Assembly: GCA_977862235.1 (NCBI GenBank)
Contig: OZ374562.1
Coordinates: forward strand, 1,426,001-1,490,000
DNA from: Dudresnaya verticillata
Taxonomy: Eukaryota
Reading direction: 5' to 3'
DNA: 64,000 nucleotides
The first letter of the stretch is position 1, and each line of letters starts with the position of its first letter. Shown here one piece after another: positions 1-9,894 of this stretch. The notes beneath the pieces are model-generated. The model ran no database searches. It saw only the letters and a program-made list of their open reading frames with translations, and was not told where the DNA came from. The position numbers and the translations under genes were made by a program.

Positions 1-271
1 AGCTGATGACCGTAGTGAGAGGAAGTGTCGGAGCCGGTCAGGAGATGCCGGCTTCAAATCAGGCACAAATCCGCCTGGAGACGCTCGAGAGAGTCATGGA
101 GAGAAACATTGAGGCGGAAATTGATCAGAAAGCAAAGGGCTGGCGCGGTCAAAGGATTGATGAGCATGGCATAGCCCTTGAAGCGTGCGAGGATGAGGAA
201 GCATGGGACAGTTTCTGTTTCCTGAAGTGTCAGAATGAGATGCAACTGGATCGACACAGGAATAAAAGTCT

Positions 272-510
272 GTGTTCCGCGAAGCGATGAGGGATAGGAC
301 AGAATGGCCTTCAGGCATGAGTACATTAAGAGAAAACCTGTTAAAAACTACGAAACTGGACGTCGAGGTGATCATGAATCGAGGTAATGACCGTACATTG
401 TTTAGAAAAATAGTTGAGATGTACAGAGAGTGTTTTCTGGAAGAGGCCCCAGTGAAGTTGCAGAAGTACAAAGATCTTCAAACTGTGATGGATTCGACAG
501 AAGATAGACG
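272..510 (+). pseudogene. Degenerate coding fragment of unknown family, homologous to ~1770-2005 (-)
   Basis: EWPSGMSTLRENLLKTTKLDVEVIMNRGNDRTLFRKIVEMYRECFLEEAPVKLQKY aligns by eye with minus-strand EWPPSMMVQRSNMLRSTKLDVEISINRGNDHDLLKPVLQMYRDNCP*EAPQKLKKY; flanking frames contain stops. Confidence 0.5.
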
Positions 511-524
511 TGATGACGTCGTCA

Positions 525-1051
525 TGAGCCGCCCGCCGTCGGGCCGTTGAGTACGTGTGGACCGTGTCGCCCACGCGCGCCCCCGGGTTACCGTTACCCG
601 TACGCGTCGACGCGTGTTGGGGCGCGCCGGCGCACCTCCCGGGTTGTTGCCGCCGCAGGCCCTGTATTATATCTAGTAGTCGCCCCTCTGGGCTTGAGTA
701 AAACAGGCAAGCCAGCCTACGCCAGGCTTGCCCTTTCTGCTTTAGGTTTCTTTCCCAGTCCTTCTCCCTACGGCTTCCCTCTTTCCCTAGCCGTCTAGGC
801 TTTCCTTTCCCTTTCCCTACCGTCAGCTTTGTGCCGCCCCAGGACGGGAACGCAGAGATCCGGCCGCTGCCGCCCGCGTACGGTACGCCCCGTGCGCGCT
901 CAGGCTTCGACGCCGTTGATCCGCGACCGTCGACGGCGCGCGCGGCCGACACCACCGCTCTACCACCACCACTACCACCCTTCGACAGGTCTGGGTGCGA
1001 CTACGAGATCGGCCACGCTAGACCTCAGTTCGACCTGACGTCTATGCCACA
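525..1051 (+). repeat. Partial LTR related to the LTR at 62078-62851
   Basis: Reverse complement aligns with 62078-~62650 (shared blocks GAGCGCGCACGGGGCGTACCGTAC, GGCAGCGGCCGGATC, CGGGTAACGGT); ends in ...TGCCACA at 1051; no TSD found. Confidence 0.65.
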
Positions 1052-2700
1052 ATGATGTTCCCCCGGTGTGCTTGAATTGACTTTGTATCTTTCATGAAGA
1101 CGTACAGGTACGCAGGGCACGTGAATTGGTACTTCAAAAACGCCTCATGAAACGTTGGAAACGGTAGAAGAGACGTAAAGATAACAACCCACCCCTGGAT
1201 CAACAACCCTTCTTGAGAACCCGACAAGGGCCTTGATCTCCTCATTGCTGAGAAAGTTGTCACAGATGTTGCCTGTGCCTGATTGTGAACTTTTGGTATC
1301 GTAAGGGGGTCCGTAATAAAACGGTTGGACGACATGCTTCCTTCACTATGGACGGAGGAGTAGTACCTCGGCCACATCATCTGCAGACATGTGATTTTCA
1401 TTTGCTCCAGGTAGTCGATTCGCGCGACAATTCCTTTTACTTACCTGCTTTTCCAGTGTTAATTCGTTCTGACTGCAGTATTGATTCAGGTGCGGCGGCT
1501 GCAGTTGCAGTATACCTGTTACCACCAACATCCCCTGTCACGCCCGCCTCAGTACATGCATCTGCCCCCGCTTCTGTATTTGGGTCTGTGCCTTCTCGTA
1601 CTGCTGGTGAATCAATAGACCCCACATGATCTGCCGTTGCAGCAGGACACGGATTCGTTTCGTTTCCTACTGCGAGCTATCCACTCTGATCATCTTCTTG
1701 ACAAACTGAAATCTATTGCTTTTCTGAAGGTTCTTCAGCACTTTCTGGGGCAGAGCGTTCCTCCGGGGTTTCCGTTCGCTGCGATTCCTGAGCCGACATG
1801 ACGATGTTTTCGCGATACTTCTTTAGCTTCTGTGGAGCCTCTTAAGGGCAGTTGTCCCTGTACATCTGCAGTACAGGTTTCAACAGATCATGATCGTTTC
1901 CCCTGTTTATGGATATCTCAACATCCAGTTTCGTGCTCCTTAGCATATTTGAACGCTGTACCATCATGGACGGTGGCCATTCCTTCTGCTCCCGGGCAAA
2001 TTCAAACTTTCACGACCTCTCGAATCGCTGCACTGGCCATCTCAAAATGCTCGGTCGTAAACCTGTGTCCAATCGGTTTGAAATGATGGGCTCTGGACAG
2101 TTCCAGCAGAAGGTACAGAGTCGAAATCTGTATTTCTACGCCCTCGTCGGAAATCCCTGCGTTCATGAACGGTCGTGATGACCGCAAAGTTGATATGTGT
2201 GCGAAACGCCTCAAGACTCGACAATCTACAGCTTTCATTGCAGTCATCTGATCCACACCATTCCCGGAAGCGTGCAGTTGGTGACGCGAGCATTCGTTAT
2301 ACCACACGTTACTGCTCAGTTTGGCAGTATCTGGTTTGGAGACCTAATGCTGGCTTGGCATGCCTTTTGCGGAACGGCTCAATGTTATAGTGTACCGGTA
2401 CCGTTGTTTGTAAACGCGCTTGCCTTTTTCCTTGCAACTCCTATTTGTTCGAAAGGTCTAGTAAAACCGCTATCCCCGGGCTCGTCAAAGTACATATCCA
2501 ACAGCGGATCAGCTACGCCATATGGTCAAGCACGGCGCAAGCGATCCTCTCCCGAATGCCAGCGAACGACATCGAACCGCCAATTCCTAGTGTTTCTTAA
2601 GTCCATGAGTTCGAAATAGCATCGTAACCCTTTCCAGGTAGAAAATAAAAATCCACTGCCGTTCTGAGGCCGACCCTTTCCAGACAGAAAATAAAAGGAT
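1052..2700 (-). pseudogene. Decayed coding or transposon-derived sequence
   Basis: Minus-strand frames broken by many stops; includes the block homologous to 272-510; two copies of ACCCTTTCCAGRYAGAAAATAAAA at ~2628 and ~2673 next to the duplication breakpoint. Confidence 0.35.
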
Positions 2701-2708
2701 CCGGCCGG

Positions 2709-3090
2709 TCTGATGGTTGGTGATATCACTAGTGCCGTATCGGGCTTCTTCCAAGCCCTGTATCGCTATATGGGCAACGACGAGACCAGGAAGCAAGCTG
2801 AACACAGGAAGATGCTCGAGGAAGACCTTCCAAAGTTTGTCGCTGGTCTCGAGAAGCGCCTGGAACTCTTCTCCGATGGTCCTTTTGTTCTCGGGGAGCA
2901 GGTTAGTGTTGCAGATTGCAACATCTGCTCGTTGGTTAATATGTTCAGGTGCGGCATTTTGGATTACGTCTCGAAGAAAGTCTTAGATGAGTTTCCGAGG
3001 TTCATGAAGGCCTATGACAGCCTATAGTTGTCATGGACATTCCAGAGGTCGTTGAGTGGTACAAGAAGCATCCGATTTCGAATGTCACAG
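2709..3090 (+). pseudogene. 5'-truncated glutathione S-transferase copy
   Basis: Matches the C-terminal half of the GST at 38997-39725 (EDLPKFVAG.EKRLELFSDGPFVLGEQVSVADCNICSLVNMF); N-terminal domain missing; frameshift and stop near 3025. Confidence 0.88.
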
Positions 3091-3436
3091 TGTACGGTCT
3101 ACGTTGGTATCTGCGGAGAAGCTGACGAGAGAGGAGATCAGATGGAGCTCGTAGGGTCACGACGAGGGGCAAAAGCCCTTAGGAATCTCCAGTTGAGATT
3201 TGTTTACAATAAGACCAGCTGAATAGTGCAACGGTGATACGCCATTTTATGGAGAACACTTGTTGTTTGTAGCACTCTGAAGCGTCTATTTTCTCAAATG
3301 ACAGCATGCATCCCTAAGAATCACCCCATGGCAGTGGTCACCAATAGCAAGCTTTACTCTTCATATCCACTATGTACCATTAGGCTACTCTGTTTGGACA
3401 TAGTAGCATATTTCGTTCCACCATTAGCGCTGATCC

Positions 3437-4153
3437 CTAAGACCAATCCAGATTCTTGAACTTCGTTCGTGCATAGGCACTGCTGCTGCTCGGGTTGTTG
3501 ATATACACTCCTGCCTTAAAATAGCAGGAGTATGAATTCCAAAACGACATGCTTGCCTCGTTTAACACCTGTGTCCCGGCGATCCAAACACTCACCTTCT
3601 TGTTCTTCACCCTGATCTTGTAGGACTTCGTTCCGGTGCTCCTCTGTGCCAGGAATTTCTTATTCACGTCATTGCTACCCAGCCCGTCTCTCAGATTTGA
3701 AATGATAGCATCGGTGTAGGTCTTACTGCCCTGTTTGTAAGACTTCCTCCAGCTGATTCGTAGAGCTGGGGCAGCACCACAGTGTACTTGCAGGAATGTG
3801 ATTTCATTCATCTGTGAGACAGGCACTGGGAGGGCAATGTCTGCGTGGAGAGTATTGGATGACGAGACGGACCATGCAGCATTATCACCATTGGTCTTCA
3901 TTTCGCGGAGTTCAGAGCGCTTTGAAGATCCCTTCATTTTGAATTGCATGTAGGAGCCACCTTGAAGGTAGAAGAACCAGTCTGAGTAACCAAAAAGGTT
4001 AGATGCGGCGGTATGGGAGCCCGAGGCTTGGAGTTTGGCTCTTGCAAGCACTGGATGAAACTTTGAGAGAGTCGAAGGTGCGGTGTAGGCCATGGATAAG
4101 GAGAAAAGAGCAAAGCTCCAGAATACTGTGAAGGGTGAGAGTTGACAAGACAT
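3437..4153 (-). CDS. Secreted polysaccharide lyase family 7 (alginate lyase-like), copy 1, 238 aa
   Basis: N-terminal signal peptide; PL7 motifs RSELRE, QVH and YFKAGVY; TATTTATA on minus strand at 4241-4248. Confidence 0.9.
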   Translation of the reverse strand: MSCQLSPFTVFWSFALFSLSMAYTAPSTLSKFHPVLARAKLQASGSHTAASNLFGYSDWFFYLQGGSYMQFKMKGSSKRSELREMKTNGDNAAWSVSSSNTLHADIALPVPVSQMNEITFLQVHCGAAPALRISWRKSYKQGSKTYTDAIISNLRDGLGSNDVNKKFLAQRSTGTKSYKIRVKNKKVSVWIAGTQVLNEASMSFWNSYSCYFKAGVYINNPSSSSAYARTKFKNLDWS

Positions 4154-5025
4154 TTTGCAGAGAGTAAACTGTCTAAAGCGTTCGAGATGGGATGTTGGTG
4201 GTGAGGTCTGTCGCAGTTGCTCGTGTGCGTCTTGGAGTCGTATAAATACCCTTTCTTATCCAGCATCTTTGCACGAACGGTACTGCTTTTGCCCTTGATC
4301 CCATGAAAAGTATGCAAGCCAGCCCGTGGATGGTTTCGAGATCATGCGATAGCTATCTCCTATTGATGCCTTGTCTTTTGACAGGCACTCGTGATTACAT
4401 GCTTCGAGCAAATTGCATTGTTCAGCTACAGGACTCCGTTCGGACAGCAAGGTGTTATGGAGCTTTTGACAGTCAGACAGTCAGAGATGCGATTGACGGT
4501 AGCAGTCACTCAAGAAAGCTTTCGGATGGAGCGATGGCCGCTGCTCATAAACACCATAGCTATGCTCGCAGGGCTTATATTTCACCTCTCTCATATAAAA
4601 GAACGAAACATCTGTTCGCTTCTTGAGAGCGACCACCATCAACCATGTGCAATCCGAACACCCATGTTTCGAGAGCGATTCTTCTCTATGGTACAAAAAC
4701 TCATAGAAACTGTAGCACAACTACCATTGCAGAAGCCGTGATACGTTGCTGAGATGCGAGGTTAGGGAAGGAGTACGCGCTGTCAACTCTAAACCTCCTT
4801 GACAGCGTTCTTTGAATATTTCTGGACGACCAAGAAGCTCATGCTTGAAAGCATCTCGCGTGCTTCTTGATATTTTTCTTTCACATGGCACGTGTTGTTC
4901 CTCTTGCAATCCAGACCTTCAACGGAATTTGTGGCGCCCAGAACGGGAAGATTCGAATCTGAAAATGTGTCATTCAAGTACCCGGTCAGGGTTGCGCGTA
5001 CGATACCAAACGAGCCAATTACTGC

Positions 5026-5402
5026 ATAATGCTGAGAACCCAACAGGATTGATGCGCGTTTGAACCCAGTTGGAGCTAACAGATTTCGTAACTGATGCTG
5101 TAACTTAGATAGTGACATTGCAAAACGCCTCCCTAGGGAGGTGTCCTGTGAATTTGAAGGCGGATTGGGGGAGGCGCTTCTTGGAAATATCTCTCAGATA
5201 TTCCAAATCGAGAGATATCTGGGGATTCTGGCCAACCACGCAACCGAAGCACTTGAGCTACGCCACACTACCACACGCCCTATTCGTGCAAGATAAACAG
5301 AACTCCCACATCTGCCCCATACGCGGCCAGATAACCGCCAGAAATGTGCAGTGCATCACCCGGTGGGTTGGGGCTTGAAGCGTACCAAGATTGTGTCTCA
5401 CT
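5026..5402 (+). repeat. Long direct repeat, left copy (377 bp)
   Basis: Near-identical to 11230-11609 (about 3 substitutions and one 3-bp indel); first ~200 bp also present inverted at 36823-37012. Confidence 0.95.
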
Positions 5403-6499
5403 ACCAGCAGACGATACCAGCAGACGAGCCGTCGGACGAAGAAGAACAAGTCGGGCCTGGACGGGGCAACTGTGTGGATGGAAGAAAGGCAACATATGTC
5501 CGAAGAGCAGCTTCCGGAATTTATAACTTTGTGCGCGAGATAGATGCCGACATACTCCTCTTTGAGAAGATCACGCATCTTTCCCGCGAAACGTTTGACG
5601 CTCTTCATGGCGTCTGCTAATAAGAACTGGCGAAGGCATTTAATGTGCGCGCCGAGAATGACGCTGTCCTGCGGACGCCACGAAAGCGCAAACTTGGTAC
5701 TGTAGAAATGTCATTCATGTTCTTCGACATTCTAGGCGGTGCGAAGGAGGGAAGCCAAGGGCTGGAACACGTCGCTCTGAAGTATGGGCTTTCTGTCGGC
5801 TCCATATCGAACTACTTCCGACATGTGCTCGTCGGACTGCACAAAGCTTTGGACGACCTGTCCCCGGCGCTGATTAGATGGCCGGGACACGAAGAGAGAA
5901 AGGATATGGAAGGGCTTATGATAGGGTTTCCGTCCTGTGTGTTCTTCGTGGACGGAAACAAAAACAAGAGGTGGAGACCGAAGGATGCAGCGGCACAGGA
6001 ACGAGCGTACGATGGATATAAGAAGGCACACTGTTTCTCTATTCTCGTCTTTTGCGATCTCTTTGGTCGCTTCATACGCGTTGAGGTCACCGACAAGGGT
6101 GCAGAGTCTGACCGCACACTCTACACGGAGTCGGATGTGTACCAGAACCGAGAGAGATACTTGACTGGTGCCCAGCACGGCATGGCAGACATGGGGTTTT
6201 CAGGCGACGGGGATATCGTTGTGCCGTATAAGCGCAACGAAAGCACATCCTGGATGTACCGAGTGGCACATAATCGCGATATAAGGAAGCAACGCATGGT
6301 GAACGAATGGGGGATTGGCTTTATAAACAACAGACATAGATTGTTCCTGGGGCGCTGGGCATTTGAGGACGAGCTATTCCCTCTAGCGTACCAGACCGCC
6401 TGCATGGTAGCCAACTGGGTATTTGACGCTCGCGGGTATGCACTGCAGCCTCGATCGCGCTACGAAGAGAAACTAGAAAGGACTGTGCTGTCGAATTAA
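5403..6499 (+). mobile_element. PIF/Harbinger-type DDE transposase (DDE_Tnp_4-like), 5'-truncated, in-frame TAA TAA at 5618-5623
   Basis: Motifs FEKITHLSRETF, helix-turn-helix-like VALKYGLSVGSISNYF, VFFVDG, YDGYKKAH, GAESD, MADMGF, RMVNEWGIG; ORFs 5351-5620 and 5645-6499 share one frame. Confidence 0.85.
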
Positions 6500-8110
6500 A
6501 GTAAATGCCTCGTTTCTTGTTCGCCCGAGCGGCGCGCGGAGCGGCGAGCGCAGTCCGCAGCGTAGGGAGCCGTAGGCGACCGAAGCGGAGGACTTGTCAA
6601 CCGCCGCCGCCGTACCCAAGTCCACCATGTCAACCTGGCAGTGCGTGCACGACGACGACCCCACCACGGGCTTGGGCGCCAGCACCACCCCAGCGTGCAC
6701 GCGCGGTCGCTTCGGAGCGCACCCCCCCGCCGCCGTGCACGCGTCCGTGGCAGCCGCGCCATGCGCCTGCCCGCCGCCCAGCTTGTGCGCCTTCTTGCGC
6801 CTCTGGCCGCCGCACCACAGCGCGCCGTCGGCGCTCACGGACAGCACCGCGGCATAGTAATACTGCGACGCAAGCTCGAGCAGCATCTTTCTGGCCGGCG
6901 CGTCCGACGCTGCCAGCCCGGTGCGCACTTCGCCAGACCGACGCGATATGATCTCCCCGGTCAATGGGTCCATCACATCCCGGCTCAGTCGCGGCGCAAA
7001 GAACTTGCCGTACATAACCTTCTCTATTTCGCCCACAACCTGCTTTAGGGGGCTCATGTCGAAAGCGGAGCCGGATGGTTTTCGCTTCTCGGATTCAATC
7101 ACGGCCAGTTCTGCAGTGATGCCGGCCTCGTGCTCCCGCTGCTGTAGCTGCACACCAATCTCAGGTGCAGACAAATCTACTACCCATGTTACCGGTTGCG
7201 TCAAACTCGCCGCGGTCGTAGGCATCTCATCTGGCGGCATAGATGTCATCGCCAGCGCCTGCTCTTGCGGCTCCGAGATCGAGTCCAGCGCACAGAGAAA
7301 GTCGGAGGACCACGAGTCGAGGTCCTCCTCGGCAAAAGTATGCGAGGTGTTCTCCAGATCTGAAGCGTGCTCAACAGGCTTGCCTGGTGGATCTGGTTCC
7401 TGTTGCTGGAGCGGGGAATCGGCGTCGCACCCGTCGGGGAGGACGCCTTCGACTTTGTACTCGAGGTTTTTCATGAGCGCCAAGACGCGGGTGGGGAGGT
7501 TTTGGAATGAGTACTCCTGATTCGGAACCGTGAAGAAGACGCGCTCGCGGCGGTTGTTCTCGAGCCAATCCATGGAGATGATGACGGACGCGGTGGGCGA
7601 GAGTTGGTTGATGACGCAAACCATCTGGCGCGAGGGGCGGTCGAACACAAAGCGGCCGCTGAGGTGGTGGTGCGGGGTCGGGGCATGGAACGGGAAGAGC
7701 GACTCGTTGAACGGGGTGCCGACCGTGTGGCAGTACCCAGCGACGACGCCGTCGATTGTGCGCGCGGCGAGCAGCAGCAGGTGCAGCGACGCGCGGACGG
7801 ACGCCGAGTGCGGCGGCGGGGCCAGGCCGGAGCCCGACGGGAACGGGTGCGCGAACGGGTTGAGGTGGTGCGCGTGGAAGTCGGTGAACGTGTGCGAGAT
7901 GCGCACGGCCAGCGCGTTGCGGAACGCGTCCGGCGCGAGCAGCGGCGCGTCGGCGTGGTACAGCTGGTGCGTGTCGCCGAACAGCCACGCGGCCAGCGCC
8001 GGGTTGTGCGCCGGGAGGCGCAGCGCGCGGCGCAGCCTGAGCGTGGCGCTTTGCGACAGCAGGTTGTCGCTCTCGTGCCAGGACGGCAGCACGGGCGGAA
8101 CGCGCTGCAT
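6473..8110 (-). CDS. bZIP-family paralog lacking the bZIP; C-terminus runs through the TIR (545 aa from first ATG)
   Basis: Shares block GKFFAPRLSRDVMDPLTG...SG.V...L.A...LL.E..SQ.YY.AVL with the 8630-9847 protein; TATA-like CATAAAATAG near 8300; last codons come from the element end and antisense transposase. Confidence 0.65.
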   Translation of the reverse strand: MQRVPPVLPSWHESDNLLSQSATLRLRRALRLPAHNPALAAWLFGDTHQLYHADAPLLAPDAFRNALAVRISHTFTDFHAHHLNPFAHPFPSGSGLAPPPHSASVRASLHLLLLAARTIDGVVAGYCHTVGTPFNESLFPFHAPTPHHHLSGRFVFDRPSRQMVCVINQLSPTASVIISMDWLENNRRERVFFTVPNQEYSFQNLPTRVLALMKNLEYKVEGVLPDGCDADSPLQQQEPDPPGKPVEHASDLENTSHTFAEEDLDSWSSDFLCALDSISEPQEQALAMTSMPPDEMPTTAASLTQPVTWVVDLSAPEIGVQLQQREHEAGITAELAVIESEKRKPSGSAFDMSPLKQVVGEIEKVMYGKFFAPRLSRDVMDPLTGEIISRRSGEVRTGLAASDAPARKMLLELASQYYYAAVLSVSADGALWCGGQRRKKAHKLGGGQAHGAAATDACTAAGGCAPKRPRVHAGVVLAPKPVVGSSSCTHCQVDMVDLGTAAAVDKSSASVAYGSLRCGLRSPLRAPLGRTRNEAFTLIRQHSPF

Positions 8111-9893
8111 TGCGGCGGCGGCGGGGGGGGCGGGGGCGCGCGGGCTGGGCGGTGTGGCGGAGGGACGGGGCGGGACGGGGCGGGACGGTGGCGGCGGGCG
8201 GCGGGGAGTGAGGTGGCGGTGGCGCGGGCGGTGGCGCGGGCGGAGGCGCGGCAAAAGCGGGGGCGCGGCGTGTTACCCCTTTCGGGGCGCGGCTATTTTA
8301 TGGCGCGCGCGGATTGGGTGCAGCGCATTGCAGCGGCCCCGGCGCGCGTCCGTCTCCACAGAGCTCCGCGCCGCACCGCGCACCGCACACGTCCTCCCGA
8401 TCCCCCGCGCCGGCGCGTAGATACGGTCAAGCTTCTCCGCCTCGTCGTCGTCGTCGTCGTCCCCGTCGCACATCTGCATCCTTCCGCCGCCCCTTCCGCC
8501 GCCCGTTCCCTTTCCTGCAACACTTTACGACACCCGCCTTCGCCCTCGGCGGAGACGCGACCCAATCTACTCTCTCCGCCAGCGCTGCCCGCCCAGTCAC
8601 AACCCCGCAGCATCTCCATCGCGAGCCCCTCACTCCGTCCCACCCTCGCCACCCCCGCCGTACCGCCATCGCTGCTCAAGCAGCCGCTTGAGCCGCGCAT
8701 TCTCGCGTGCCACCTCGCCGCGCTTTTTCCGCAACGCCTCGACGCGTGCCCGGTTCCCAGAAACCTCCTCTACCAACGCGCGCCACCGCTCCGACCGCCG
8801 GAAGTTGCTCCGCGCCGCGCTGAGCCGGTTCCGTTTCCGCCGCTCCTCCAGCACCCGCGCCTGCCGCCTCGCCTTGTCCACCCGCCGAGCTTCCTCCCCG
8901 TCTGCCGTACTTGCCGCAACACCCGCAACACCCGCAACAGCCACAACAGCCGCAGCAGCCTCGCGCACCGCCGCCTCCACAGGCGCAGGCGCGATTGGCC
9001 GTGCGATTGGCCGCACCGCCACCTCCTCCCTCGGTGGCGCCGCCGTCGTCGCCGCTGCCGCCTCCGCCGCCTCCGCCGCCGCCGCCGCCGTCGCCGCATC
9101 CACCATCACACTGGCGCTGTTGGTTGCCTCCTCGCACACCGGCTGCGTCTCCGCCGCCATTGAACGGCCGCACATGAGAGCGTCTTCAGCGTCGCCACCC
9201 TGCGCGAGCAGCAGCCGCTGGTCGGCGGTGACGGGAAGCACGGCGAGGTAGTACGCCTGCGAGAACGTCTCGCGGAGGAGCGTGTTTTCGGCGGGCGGCA
9301 CGGCCGTGAGCGTGTAGGTGACCTTTCCCGAGAACATACTCGAGTACGTGCCCGTCAGCACGTGCAGCGAGTCCATGCGCACGCTGGGGCCATAGTACTT
9401 GCCGCGCAGCGCGATGTCCAGCGTCGCTACTGTGCGCGCCACTGCGCCGGCGCCGAACGCGCCGGCCGAAGTCTCGCAAGCTCCGCTGCCGCCGCCGCGC
9501 CACTCCACCCCGCCCGTGCCGTCCGCTAGTCTGCCGTCTGGTAACACTGGCCATGGCAGGTGCGACGTGCGAGTTGTATCGTCACACGAGCTCGCAGCGG
9601 CTGGGAAAGTCGGCCACGGACCCAGGTCCGCGTGAGGCACGAGGCTGCTTGAGTCCTCTGATCGCAGCTCTGAAACGGGTTCCGCCCGGGCGCGCCGCGG
9701 GGTTGGGCTGTACGGCGCGTCTGCCGCGGCGTCCCGGAGAAGGTCCGACAGGAAGCTGCTCGTCTCGTCGCGGTCGGGCACAGTCCACACGGCGGCTGCG
9801 GAGGTCGGCATTGCGCACATTGCGGCTGCGGTGGGCGGGATGTGCATCTGCGGGGCAGGCGCGCGCCGAGCGCGCGAAGCGCGCGGCTCGGGC
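6523..9893. mobile_element. Non-autonomous Pack-type TIR element carrying captured host gene fragments
   Basis: 15-bp inverted termini GCCCGAGCGGCGCGC (6523-6537) and GCGCGCGGCTCGGGC (9879-9893), 14/15 match; TTC on both sides (6520-6522, 9894-9896); abrupt rise in GC inside; no transposase. Confidence 0.75.
8630..9847 (-). CDS. bZIP transcription factor, probably N-terminally truncated
   Basis: Basic region ERRKRNRLSAARSNFRR followed by heptad zipper (LVEEVSG...VEALRKKRGEVARENARLKRLL); frame stays open through the right TIR; first ATG at 9847. Confidence 0.8.
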   Translation of the reverse strand: MHIPPTAAAMCAMPTSAAAVWTVPDRDETSSFLSDLLRDAAADAPYSPTPRRARAEPVSELRSEDSSSLVPHADLGPWPTFPAAASSCDDTTRTSHLPWPVLPDGRLADGTGGVEWRGGGSGACETSAGAFGAGAVARTVATLDIALRGKYYGPSVRMDSLHVLTGTYSSMFSGKVTYTLTAVPPAENTLLRETFSQAYYLAVLPVTADQRLLLAQGGDAEDALMCGRSMAAETQPVCEEATNSASVMVDAATAAAAAEAAEAAAATTAAPPREEVAVRPIARPIAPAPVEAAVREAAAAVVAVAGVAGVAASTADGEEARRVDKARRQARVLEERRKRNRLSAARSNFRRSERWRALVEEVSGNRARVEALRKKRGEVARENARLKRLLEQRWRYGGGGEGGTE

Positions 9894-9894
9894 T

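Larger units (their letters stand above)
2709..5250 (+). repeat. Left arm of inverted segmental duplication (partner ~36700-39375)
   Basis: Collinear reverse-complement match across the GST 3' half, intergenic DNA, the PL7 gene and ~1 kb upstream of it. Confidence 0.92.

Noticed and set aside
5026..5402. The 380-bp direct repeats as LTRs
   Set aside because: No TG...CA ends, PBS, PPT or TSD, and the sequence is continuous with host DNA in the paralogous arm.
5618..5623. TAA TAA as a Harbinger excision footprint or micro-intron
   Set aside because: Removing one TAA still leaves an in-frame stop, and the GT...AG span is only 13 nt.
7530..9251. Long plus-strand ORFs (296, 519 and 187 aa)
   Set aside because: Antisense shadows of GC-rich minus-strand genes; low-complexity Arg/Pro/Ala translations.
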